A DNA stretch of 64,000 bases, taken from Amphiscolops sp. MND2022 (lineage: Eukaryota). Location: NCBI GenBank assembly GCA_964187785.1, contig OZ076409.1:48052001-48116000 (forward strand). Direction: 5' to 3'. The notes under the pieces were generated by a model that was given only the letters and a program-made list of their open reading frames with translations, was not told the DNA's origin and made no database searches. The position numbers and the translations under genes were made by a program. Shown here one piece after another: positions 52,040 through 64,000 of this stretch. The first letter of the stretch is position 1. Each line of letters starts with the position of its first letter.

Positions 52040-55000
52040 AGTAGTAAAAGAAGGGGGGTTTAAAACCACTTTTGGATCCCTGATCTTCATACATGCAATT
52101 CTCATCGAAGCTTTTGTATTACTGTAGAGCCACTTTTGGATCCCTAATCTTAATACATTGACAATTGAATGTTTGATGTTTTGACTGCTGAAACCGGCGA
52201 TGACAGCTGTTCAAACATGATAAAATCTTTGTTTTACCAATTACAGCTTCACATCTTCTGATAATAGAATTGAAATTCGTATATTATTCAACTATCGAAC
52301 TGAATAGTTCCACCTTTACATGAAAATGAACCAATTTGAATATCAGTTAATTTGGGTTTTAACATCCAACTAATTTTGAAATTCTCATTTTTTTCACCTA
52401 CCGAGAAAATACAGTGAAAACTGTAGGGCACTAGGTGTATGTGCACATAGCTGACTACGTTATAATATTAGTTTCGACAAAAAATGCCACTCGTTTTCAA
52501 CGTAGTGTCTTTAAGCCAAATGACTTTAAGCCATTGACCATTACAAGAAAGATTTAGTTATAAGAAACCATGCCAAGTGACCAAATGTTTTAAGCCAAAA
52601 GACTTTGCGCCAAATGACCAATTACCCAAAATCTAACGCGCATCATGGACAGAAGACATCGTCTTCTTAACATATAGACTTCGATTATCAATGCACATCT
52701 CTGAGAAACATTTGCAACATTGCCTTTTCTCAATCAAAATAGAAAGCTGTAGTAGCCGGAACAATGTTCAAAGAACAAGCTCTGAAGGTCATGAAAATTA
52801 GTTTTCTGTTTTCAAATCTCGACTGTGGACTTTAAAAGTGCAATGAGAATCTTATAATAGATTCGACCAAAGATTTCCCACCAGGCGCATACATTCTGCA
52901 ATAGAACATGGAGAAACCTTACCTTTGGGTGCAGAAACAACAACCAAGCCTGGATAAAGGCTAAAAAAGACACTGAAAAAGAAGAATGAAGCAATCGATT
53001 GTCTGAGAAACCAGAAAAGAGGAGCGAAAGTATCTTACTCCTTTTTTACACTCGATGATTACTGAGAGTTTGGAAATCCTCTCCGTTTAATACATGAATG
53101 TAGCCTGCTAATCAGGTACCAAAGCTGAGATGCAATTGTCTTGTAATTATTTAAAAAGTTAAAAGAGTTGTTGAATAGTCCAATCAACGTGTAACATTTC
53201 AGGTCAAAAGGTTAAAAAAATTGGGTAGAGCAATAAATGTAATATTCCTCTGAGGAAGAAGCAAGTATGGAGACAAAAATGTATTCCGTAGTCGAAACGA
53301 TATGTTATCTTTTCTCCAACGATATGTTAAAAGTGTACATGTCACAACAACTTGTAAGCAAAATACTAATTTTCAGGAGTCGGAAAAATTTTCGACTACT
53401 TATACAATCGTGTTGTTTTTTTTCCGACCTTCCGTTGAAGCTTTCAAACCCCCCATACGATTTTCAAATAATTTTGCTCAGTCATTTTTTACCCAAAGAG
53501 GCCCCGGCATGCGCAAAGGCATCAAAATCGTATGACTGAAATGTGAGTAATGTGGAAAAACCACTTTTTCGACTTTTTTTGATTTACTCAAAAACTGTCC
53601 ATACGATTCGATCGAAATTTCCTACAGTCATTCTACACCAGTTTAGGATCCTATGTGTGCAATGGCATCAAAATTGTATGGCTGAGATGCGCGAAACAGC
53701 CAAATTTATCCCAAAATGAAGTGAAAACAGCCATTTTTGTACTTCAGAAGGAAAAACCTAAGCCGACACCTTCACCGCACATGCGGCTCTGGTTCATTCT
53801 CCAATGCTGGTTCCATTCATGGTTGTTTCAGCCAGTGGTAGCTTTCTGCGCCCAATCATTCGTCAAAAGAAAGTTGTCTTTGACGTCCTAAGCTTTGAGA
53901 CCTTCGCAATTTTGTCGTTTCCCTCGAAAATTATGACTGTCAAGTTTCCATCAAAGCGGGGCCTCGTTGTCTTCATCAATCAAAACAAAACTAACTCTTC
54001 CACGTTTAAACCAGGTTCGTTGTGGACTTACGTTTCCAGGATTCTCAAAGCACCTTTAATGCTATAAAACCGAAAACATCCCATATGGGAAAATAGAAAA
54101 CTGCTATTCTTGCAAATCTAAGTTTTACTTACAGTAGCGTAATACAATATAAAAAGGAAATTCAAGAGTCAGGAAAAATAATCTGAAAATCCACTTCTAA
54201 CGTTTCAGTAGCAATAGCATCGAAGCTGAATGTAAGAACAATAATATTCTAACTCAAGAAGCAATATGGAGTAACTTCTAAATTTTCAAAAGCCATCTGA
54301 AGTTTATACGAGCAATGAGAAGACTTGTAAAAGAAATCGATGATCAATTCCACAAAAATTCTCGATACTAGATCGTTTTTGCACTCTTTGATCGTGGTTC
54401 ATAGTGATACCGCATTTGAAAAATTTGAAAACTATACAAAAATGATCGTACTGAAAAACTTCATTTCTCTTCTCACCGAAAACCAAGTTTGAACAAACTT
54501 AACTTAACTGACAAAAAATATATTTCTAGACTCATCTAACTTTCATCGGGGAACACTATGGGTGACATTGATTATTTAGTTTATTCAAACAAAACGCATT
54601 TTGTGAATCAACCTACCACGTTGATAAGTGAAGTGTTCTAGGTTTTGTATTCAAAGCAAAGAACTTTGGAAAATTCAAAACATTCCAAGTGTATCGGTTT
54701 TGATCGCGAACGTTCAACAGTTCAACACTTAAACAGAAATCAGCACCTACAAAGACGCAAGAAAGTGAAAAATTCAATTTTTTCAAATTTTGAAATTTGA
54801 GAACGAACAAAGTCTTTTTTTCATCCTTCCATTGAGAGTTTTGGACTTTTGGACTCGAACTTCTAGCGTTCAGTGTTCGTATACTATAGGTGTATTTACG
54901 TACCAAGTCCTCCGCGAAAAGCCTATTCCACTTTCAATGATCTTTGAGGAAACCTGTGTACTTTCAGGTTGAGTATAAACTGTGATCAAAGCTGATTGTT

Positions 55001-58000
55001 TGGTTCCTTAGCCAACGCCATCGGAAATAGAATTTCTCTTCCATTCTTCTGGCAACAAAATTCCAACAAATTGAAAATATTAAAAGTCAATTATGCTATT
55101 TTGATCTAGGAAGAAAAGCGTCAATTGATAAACTGTGTCCTAATTGAAAAACCGGACTTTCACAATATTGTTGCCATGCGTAATTATCGTTAGAACTTTG
55201 CCATTGTTCAATTTCACAGATTGTATCAGGAATTGTTAAATCATTGAACTCGCTTTCAGATTGACAACGTTTCCAAAGGGTGAACATGATTTTCTTTGCA
55301 ATTGGTCTCGCTTTTTGATTTCTGTTCGTAAACTGTGTGGGTATCCAACTTTTCGATGAAACTTCCAAGTAATATTCCACAGAGTCCAAAGATTGAATTG
55401 TTCCGCTCCACAGTTTTTTGATTGAAACGTAAAAAGTCTAGAAGGCTGAGCAAAGTTTTCGACAACTTCCCGCTCACATGGATTCCTTTTTTGAAAACTG
55501 GGCATCCGTGTCTTTTGTGTATTCCGACAAAGGTTTCAAGAAATGATATTCCCGATAAAAAACACCGATTTCAAGAAACCCTTGCAGCGCTCGGCTCTAC
55601 CAATTCTAGTTAGATATATGGTTGATATCAAAATGAACTTCGAATTCATCCAATTCTGACAATGATATTTTCGTAACAAGAGTGAATACAAAATGTTTTA
55701 TTTCATTCCCTGTTTGCGTTTGAGCAGTCACATGACTTCCTTCTTTATTCTCTATACCTTGTCCAAAACTATGATTCGGGAGCCTCTAAAACAAGCGAAC
55801 CGAACTGATGAATAGCCGTTGGATGCTTCAATGTTCTAACAAATAGAACGACCTTTTAATAGGTGTCTATTCAGCTTTTCTACCATATTCTTCGGAACTA
55901 ATCAAACGTAAGCGAGTTGATCTAACGAGATATAAAAAATCTTCAGGCGAAGGTTAAAATCGCAACGCCAAATCCTTTGAAAACAATTAGCAGAATGCTG
56001 CGAGTCTCGTGATTTGGTCAAGACTGTTTGTTTTTAGCGGCAAGCAAATAGTTCAGTGCTGTTTTTACAGCGCGTCGGAAGACGCGGAGAACCGAAAGAT
56101 GTAGCGACGATAATCTTCAGGTCAGAAGTCAGTTTGAAAGCTTAAAACAAAAACTTGAATACAAATAGGCACAGTGGTTTACGTGGAAAGTCTTGCAGCT
56201 AAATACGACATTTATTTGACTTGTATACAGAGATCATACTGTACCAGTAGAGTGGTTGTCCTAGGAGTGCTGTTTAGAAGACCTTGAGTTGCTGCTGCTG
56301 TTGTTTGCATGGTAGATTAAAGACGAAGGGGAGAAGACCCACTCATATCATGTTTCGTTCACTGCAACTCAATCCGGGCTCTGGAGGTCCACTGAAACAA
56401 AGAGTGAATAAAATAGTTGAACAGGTTGCCCTTGAAAGTGTCTTGCTAGCTGACAGTTTTCTTTGGAACCGCAAGATGAGTTCGGTTAAATCTGGCGGAA
56501 AATTCGTTCGGTTAAGCTTTTCCAAACAAAGTTGTTTTGGTTAAGGTCGTCAGTGTTGAAACATATTTTCGAAACAATGTCTAGAAATCTTCATTAACGT
56601 TCACTCTAGAACGCTACATCACAAACAACTGCTACAACGGTTTTCCCAACTCCTAATCTAAAAGAGCTTCGATTTGATCAACGTTATACACCACAAATCA
56701 TCGCAATTTTCTCATTAGTAACCTTTGCTTATTGAGTAGAATTTGAGTTCGATAACGGGTCAAAAACTTGGGAGCAAGCAGGCAATGTGGCCTTAGTGAT
56801 TAGTCCTGTAGCTAAATACCATACTCGTCTCAATTGTATCGAGCGATCAAACCACTGGGGTTACACTACATTTCTTCTTTCGACAGGACAATCGAAGACA
56901 TATTGTTCAGTTTATGAAGTCATCAACTGAACGCTTTGGGTTTGATTCAATTCTCCACTGACGAATTGTTTTCTCAACCATTGATCTTCCCATTGAAAAC
57001 GACTTCTTCATTGAAATATAGCTTCCTAAGCAACAAACCAGACTTCAAACGTCTCGATAAATTTTGTCACCTCCACGAAAGCTTCTGAGGTGAGAGCTGA
57101 GATTTTTGCAAGATTTCACAGTTACTGTACAGCTGTTCAATGTTCAAATCTCTGTACCAAATCATATACAAGCAGGCGGAGGCCAAGAGCGCGGACCCGA
57201 TTTCTGTACAGCTTTTCAATGTTCAAATCTCTGTACCAACTCAAATCCAAGCAGGTAGAGGCCATGCGCCGACGAGCCCAGAGGTCCGACCGGATTCTGG
57301 ACCGCGCTCTTGGCCTCCACCTGCTTTGACTTGAGTTGGTACAGAGATTTGAACACTGAACAGCTGTATAGAAATCCGGTCCGCGCACATGACCTCCACC
57401 GGCTTGGACTAGAGTTGCTACAGAGATTTGAACATTGAACAGCTGTACAGTAATTGTGGAGTGTTGCAAAAATCTCAGCTCCCAACTCAGAAGCTTTCGT
57501 GAAGGTGACAAATTTTTCCGAGTAGTTTGAACTCTGATCTGTTGCTTAGGAAGCTATATTCCAATGAAGAAGTCGCTTTCAATGGAAAGATCAATGGTGG
57601 AGAAAACAATTCGTCATTGGAGAATTGAATCAAACCCAAAGCATTCAAATGAAGACTTCAAACACTGAACAACTTCTCTTCTATTGTCCTGTCGCAAGAA
57701 GAAAAGTAGTGTGACCCCAGTAGTTTGATCGCTCGATACAATTGAGATGAGTATGGTATTTAGCTACAGGACTAGTCACTAAAACCATACTGCCTGCTTG
57801 CTCCCAAATTTTTGTCCTAACATTATCGAACTCAAGTTCTACACAATAAGCAAAGGATACTTACAAGAAAATACGACAAATTGTGGTGTATAATTTTGAT
57901 CAAATCGAAAATCTTTTAGCGTAGGAGTTGGGAAAATTGTTGTAGCAGTTGTTTGTGATGTAGCGTTCTAGAGTAAACGTTCATAAAGCTTTCTAGACAA

Positions 58001-61000
58001 TGTTTTGAAAATATGTTTCAACACTGACGACCTTAACCAAAACAGCATTGTTTGGAAAAGCTTAACCAAACGAATTTTCCGCCAGGTTGAACCGAACTCA
58101 TCTCGCAGTTCCAAAGAAAACTGTCAGCTAGCAAGACACTTTCAAGGGCAACCTGTTTAACTATTTTATTCACTTTTTGTTTCAGTGGACTTCCAGAGCT
58201 CGGATTGAGCTGCAGTGAACGAAACATGATAAGAGTCGGTCTTCTCCCTTCGTCTTTAATCTACCATGCAAACAACAGCAGCAGCAACTCAAGGTCTTCT
58301 AAACAGCACTTCTAAACAGCACTCCTTTTTGTTTTAAGCTTTCGAACTGACTTCTGACTTGAAGATTCTCGACGCTACATCTTTCGATTCTCCGCGTCTT
58401 CCGACGCGCTATAATAACAGCACTGAAACATTTGCTTGCCGCTAAAAACAAACAGTTTTGACCAAGTCACGAGACTCGCAGCATTCTGCGTAACTGTTTT
58501 CAAAGGATTTGGGGTTGCGATTTTAAACTTCGCCTGAAGATTTTTTTATACCTCGTTAGATAACTCGCTTACGTTTGTACGTTTGTTTAGTTCCAAAGAA
58601 TATGGTAGAAAAGCTGTATAGACACCTAGAAAAAGGTCGTTCTATTTGTTCGAACATTGAAGCATCCAACGGCTATTCATCAGTTCGGTTCGCTTGCTTT
58701 AGAGGCTCCCGAATCATAGTTGTGGACAAGGCATTGACACTAAAGAAGAAAGTTATGTGACTGCTCGAACGCAAAAAGGGAATGAAATAAAACAATTTGG
58801 ATTCACTCTTGTTACGAAAATATCAGTGTCAGAATTGGATGAATTCGAAGTTCATTTTGATATCAACCATATATCTAACTAAGATTTATAGAGCCGAGCA
58901 CTGCAAGGGTTTCTTGACATCGGTGTTTTTTATCGGGAATATCAATTCTTGAAACCTTTGTCGGAATACACAAAATAAATGAATGTGCAGCCTTCAAAAA
59001 AGGAATCATTGTGAGTGGGAAGTTGTCGAAAACTTTGTTCAGCCTTCTGGAATTTTTGAGTTTCAATTACTAAATTGTAGAGCGGAGCAATTCAATCTTT
59101 GAAATCTGTGGCGGAGAATTTGGAAGTTTCATCGAAAAGTTGGCCAATTGGATACCCACCCATTTTTCGAACAAAAATCACAAAGCGAGACCAATTGCAA
59201 AGAAGAACATGTTCACCCTTGGCAAATGTTGTTCCGGAAGCGAATTAAATGATTTAACAATTCCTGATGCAATCTGTGGAAATTAACAAGGGCAAAGTTC
59301 AAAAGGTAATTACGGCATGGCAACGTTTTTGTGAAAGTCCGGGTTTCCAATTAGGACACAGTATATCAATTGAAGCTTTTCTTCCTAGATCAAAAAAGCA
59401 TAATTGACTTTTAATATTTTCAATTTGTTGGAATTTTGTTGCCAGAAGAATGGAAGAGAAATTCTATTTTCGATGGCGTTGGCTAAGGAACCAAACAATC
59501 AGCTTTGATCACAGTTTATACTCAACCTGAAAGGACACGGGTTTCCTCAAAGATCATTGAAAGTGGAATAAGCTCCTCGCGGAGGACTTGGTACGTAAAT
59601 ACACCTACAATGTACGAACACTGAACGTTAGAAGTTCGGGTCCAAAAGTCCTAATTACTAATTGCGGCAACTACCCAGTAACTACTTGATGATTGTGATT
59701 CTTAGCTTGTGTTTCTAGTTCACCAGTAATTGTTGTTTCTCACTCTTTATGTGTGTTAGTTATTGTACCGGCAGCTGAGGTATCATACTCGTTGGATATC
59801 GCAAGCAAAGTTTCATCACATGCTTTCTCCGGTTTGAACATTTGAAATGGAGTATCTGCTATTTCCTGCTTTTCTTATTCATTTCTTTTCAAGACTTTGT
59901 TCGTTCTCAAATTTCAAAATCGGAAAAAATGAATTTGTTCATGTTCTTGCGTCTTTGTAGGTGCTGAATTCTGTTTAAATTTTGAACTGTTGTACGTTCG
60001 TGATCAAAACCGATACACTTGGATTGTTTTGATTTTTCCAAATTCCTTTGCTTTGACTACAAAACCTAGAACACTTCACTTATCTACGTGGTAGGTTGAT
60101 TCACAAAATGCGTCTTATTTGAATAAGCTAAATAATCAATGTCACCCATAGTGTTCCCCGATGAAAATTAGTTGAGTCTAGAAATAATTTTTTGTCAGTT
60201 AAGTTAAGTTTGTTCAATATTGATTTTCGGTGAAAAGAGAAATGAAGTTTTTCAGGACGATCATTTTTGTATAGTTTTTATGTTTTTTAAATGCGGTATC
60301 ATTGTGAACCACGATCAAAGAATGCCAATTCGATCTAGTATCCAGAATTTTTGTGGGATTGATCATCGATTTTTTTACAAGTCGTCTCATTGCTTTGGCT
60401 GTAGAACGTGTGCAAAAGTTCATGAAAATCGTAAGCAAAGTTTTCGAGAAGTTTGAAATTTTCATTGAAAGGTTGGTAAAAAAACGAAACGACTGCATAA
60501 ATTTTTTCCGACTCCTAAAAACATTAGTCTTTTGCTTACAAGTCGTTGTGTCATTTACTCTTTTGACCCATCGTCGGAGAAAAGATCCCATCGTGGCTCG
60601 TTTCGACTACGGAATACACTTGCCTCCATACTTGCTTCTTCCTCAGAGGAATACTACATTTATTGCGCTACCCAATTCTTTTATACCTTTTGACCTGAAA
60701 TGTTGCACTTTGATTGGACTATTCATCACCTCTTTCCACAATTTGAATAATTACAAGACAATTGCATCTCAGTTTTGGTACCTGATTAGCAGGCTACATT
60801 CAGGTATTAAACAAGAATGATGTACATACCTCACCGAAACTAAGACTCTCAGTAATCATCAAGTGTAAAAAAGGAGCAAGATACAAAGATTTTATCATGT
60901 TTGAACAGCTGTCATCGCAGGTTTGAGCAGTCAAAACATCAAACATTCAATTGTCAATGTATTAAGATCAGGGATCCAAAAGTAGTTCTACAGTAGTACC

Positions 61001-61083
61001 CAAGTTTCGATGAGAATTCCATGTATGGAGATCAGGGATCCAAAAGTGGCTCTAAACCCCCTTCCCCTTCTCTTACTACTACT
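52040..61083. mobile_element. 9-kb palindromic (fold-back) element with Polinton/Maverick-like termini
   Basis: Starts AGTAGT and ends ACTACTACT, flanked on both sides by AATATT; the arms are reverse complements around a centre at ~57270-57303. Confidence 0.75.
57126..57450. repeat. ~78-bp tandem units, two per arm, at the palindrome centre
   Basis: TACAGCT-TTCAATGTTCAAATCTCTGTACCAA...AAGCAGG-GAGGCCA repeated, then mirrored. Confidence 0.85.
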
Positions 61084-63531
61084 AATATTCTCTTATCAGT
61101 GAAATATTTTATTCAAGAACAAAATGTGCTTTCGTGTTCGGGAGGGGGATTCGCAACAAGGTATACCTGGTGGGCTGTTGTGGTGGTAATTGAACACATG
61201 GTCCAACTTCTGCTGTAAGAATCATATTTTTTCAAACTTTTGAAATTCCCATTTTCTCTTCCCACGATCAACGCTAATCTTGTTTCAATATAGTGAATAC
61301 TTGCAGCGTCTAGCTTTCCTTTCCTCCGTCGTAGTCAGGAAATACTGACCTGCTGCTAAAAGCTGGAATCTCAGCTGATAACAAAAGCCTATGTATGACG
61401 AAGTGTGGAATTTGTGTGAGAAGGCTTCGAATCCGATCTACCTTGGTTTTACAGAGTTGGATTTCCAATTTTATGGGCTGTGAAAGAGAAAAGGACTTCA
61501 TACAATTTTCATAGATCCATGCAACGAATTTCCATTGTATCTACTTAAAACTTTGTCGAGATTTTTAGAACATTGCATAAAAACTGCATGGTTTTCAGCA
61601 ACTTCAACGTCTAAAAGCTGAGCGAAATTTGCAAGGAATAGGAAGTTCCTGGCTTTATTTGTTTATAGTATTGTAAACAGCCTTCCAACGTACAAAATGA
61701 AAACTACTTTCTCCATGCTTGAACAAGTTATTGCAAGAAATCAGCTTTGAAGAATCTAGAATCTAAAAAAGGCAATTCTCAAGCATTGGAGCAGCAATAC
61801 CAGTTTGAATTTTCAACTTCAAAATGTCTATCAGCAGCATCAAATGTACAGAAACTGAAAATCATAGGCGCTACGGTGCTTGCTTTATTTGCTTGTTTAT
61901 GCTTGTTTGACACCAAATAAATTCAGGCTATAAATCATCTGCATCCCAAATAGTCTCGAAGATATAGGCCATAGAAAACTGGAACGGATGAAAGTCTCTT
62001 TGAATCAAGGATTAGTTTTTGTCAATAATTGCAGAAAGTAGCTACTTCAACGAGATGAAAGTACGTCCACGAGAGGGCCCCAGGAGTGCACCCAGAAAAG
62101 TATACACCTATCGTGCAAGTAATGCAAATGGTTTTTGGAGTTGTTACAGTCATTTGTTGAGAAGTGAGATTATAAGCTCAACCTACCAAATTTCTCACGA
62201 AACAACCATGATGGATCCTGCTGTGGTTCCTGCATTAGAACAGAGGCAATTAAAAGAGACATTTTTTAGTGGAGGAAACTGTACTACAATAGGATTAGCT
62301 TCGAAGGTATCGGCAATAGGAAACTAAAGTGGGTAAGGAGTCGCATTTGATCAATGATAATTATTGTTAGAAATTGAACTAAGTAGCTATTTTGGCGAGA
62401 TGAGAGTAGTTCAGCAAGAAGGCCCCAAGGGTGCACCGTAACAAAATATTTGTGCATCAAGTCAGTTTCTTGAATGGTTTTCGAGATAAAAACAAACCGG
62501 GAACTGTCCAAGTCGGCGTCATACCTAAGGGTCAAGAAAAGAAAAAGAACTTCAAAATGTCAAAGTATTCTCTTCAACAGTACCCAAAAAACACTGAAGT
62601 TGGACCGAATTGGCGCGCCAGGGGGGACGCTTTGAGATTTTTCAACGTCCATTCTGTCGCAAAACTTCAAAAAAATCAAGAGGAGACCCTTTGCGAAGCT
62701 TTTTCAAAAAAGTCTCAGTGCCAAAAAAAACTGAAAAGGGGACCTTTCAGTCTCGCACGGTATTGTATGTTACGCGGAAAAAAAGAAAAACATTTTTAGT
62801 TAAGGTCCCTGGACCGAAAGGTACAGTTTGGCGCCTTCCTCCAAATTTGCACATCATGGAGGACGTGGAACGAGGGCACAATGGTCAGAAAAAGTTGGTC
62901 AATGTCACACTTTTTGAGAGAAACAAACGCGAGGACCACCGTTAGCGTGATGGAAAATGTTGTACGAAAAGGCCCAGTGACTGCACCATGAAAAAGCGAT
63001 ACCCATCATGCCATTAGCTTGACTGGCTGCGACAAAAACAGTAGCCAACTGATTGGAAAATGGTGTTAGGATGTGACCTATCAAGGTTTCAAATGAAAAG
63101 GTCAAATTTGGAACAATCGTCGACAAAGATTTCTCTACTAGAATGTAGTCCAGAGTTGTGTCAAAGTTGGTTCTGAAAAAAAAACAAAGGCGTGCACATC
63201 ATAGAGGACGAGGAACGAGGGCCCAATGATCATAAAAATTTAGTCAATGTCACGCATTTGAAAGAAATAACGAGAATTTGCATCCTAAAATCCCATGGCA
63301 ATAGACTTCGCTTCAATTCGCTCAAATTTACAAAATCAGTCGTAACTTTCCTTTCATACCAATCAAGACTATAACTGCTTAATAATGGCAATTGTTTGTG
63401 TCGCCGGCTAGCGCACCAAAAATCTCACGAAGAATTAAAAGCGGACCTGAGGTCTTTTCGACTGCGAGAGACAACTCCACCAATTTTTTTCCTCAAACTC
63501 AGCCGACCTACAAAAGTAGCTGAAAACAAGC

Positions 63532-64000
63532 ATGAGCCTCCCATTGGACTTGGATGATCTAATCACACCCCTAGTCAGCTCTTCTAACTTCTCTTCTGAT
63601 GAGAAAATGGAAGTGGACACAAATTCAGTAGCTCAATTATCAGACGATGAATTAGAGGTATTTGCGAGTTATATGAAAGTCCCAGTCTACCCTGCGCAGA
63701 CCATCGCGGGTAGGAAAATGAAAACGGATTTGTCAGGCTGCCGAGAAGACGGTAGGACTTACCTCTGTCCATACGAAAAAAAATGCTGGTTTGCCAGGGC
63801 AGTCAAGAAGTGATTACCTAAATATGGCAATATGGGAGCCGGTCCTAGCAATGTTCACACTGGAAGTGGTTGCCCAAATGGCCAATGAGCGGGACTCCAA
63901 CCAACACTTGACTCACCCTTGTCACCGCCACTTCATGAACAGGGACCCACACACTGTTGGTACGACTATGCGTGACCAAGTTTGATAGATAACTATACTC
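63532..64000 (+). pseudogene. Third homologue of the retrotransposon accessory ORF (element probably continues past the window)
   Basis: TIAGRKMKT vs PIAGRRMTT; YEKKCWFA vs DEKLCYAP; 63901 onward PTLDSPLSPPLHEQGP vs PVLESPLSPPAHERGP. Confidence 0.7.

Noticed and set aside
57126..57450. CRISPR-like repeat array
   Set aside because: Contiguous 78-bp tandem units without unique spacers, eukaryotic context and no cas genes
61100..61700. Possible decayed exonuclease-like coding remnant next to the palindrome
   Set aside because: Too degenerate to support without a profile search

Overview
AT-rich, repeat-dense eukaryotic (invertebrate-like) DNA. The main content is a family of ~16-kb Ty3/Gypsy LTR retrotransposons with an unusual four-gene layout. 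There is one young copy (1086-16987, minus strand, ~99% identical 1.7-kb LTRs, GGGAA TSD), one old diverged copy (31151-~47170) and a fragment of a third at the right edge. In both full copies gag starts inside the LTR and reads through the PBS. Both carry a convergent antisense three-intron gene for a BED-finger, hAT-transposase-like protein without recognisable catalytic motifs (~1290 aa in copy 1), a sense accessory ORF (SIM-like motif plus CxxC) that runs into the 3' LTR, and a conserved internal promoter-like block between these two genes. Copy 1 lies in the last intron of a claudin/PMP22-like host gene whose middle exon is split by a ~1-kb TIR insertion. The window also holds a 9-kb palindrome with Polinton/Maverick-type AGTAGT termini, a 1473-bp tandem duplication, HINE-like and hAT-like MITEs, and a Tc1 remnant. 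All alignments and identities were made by eye; no searches were run.
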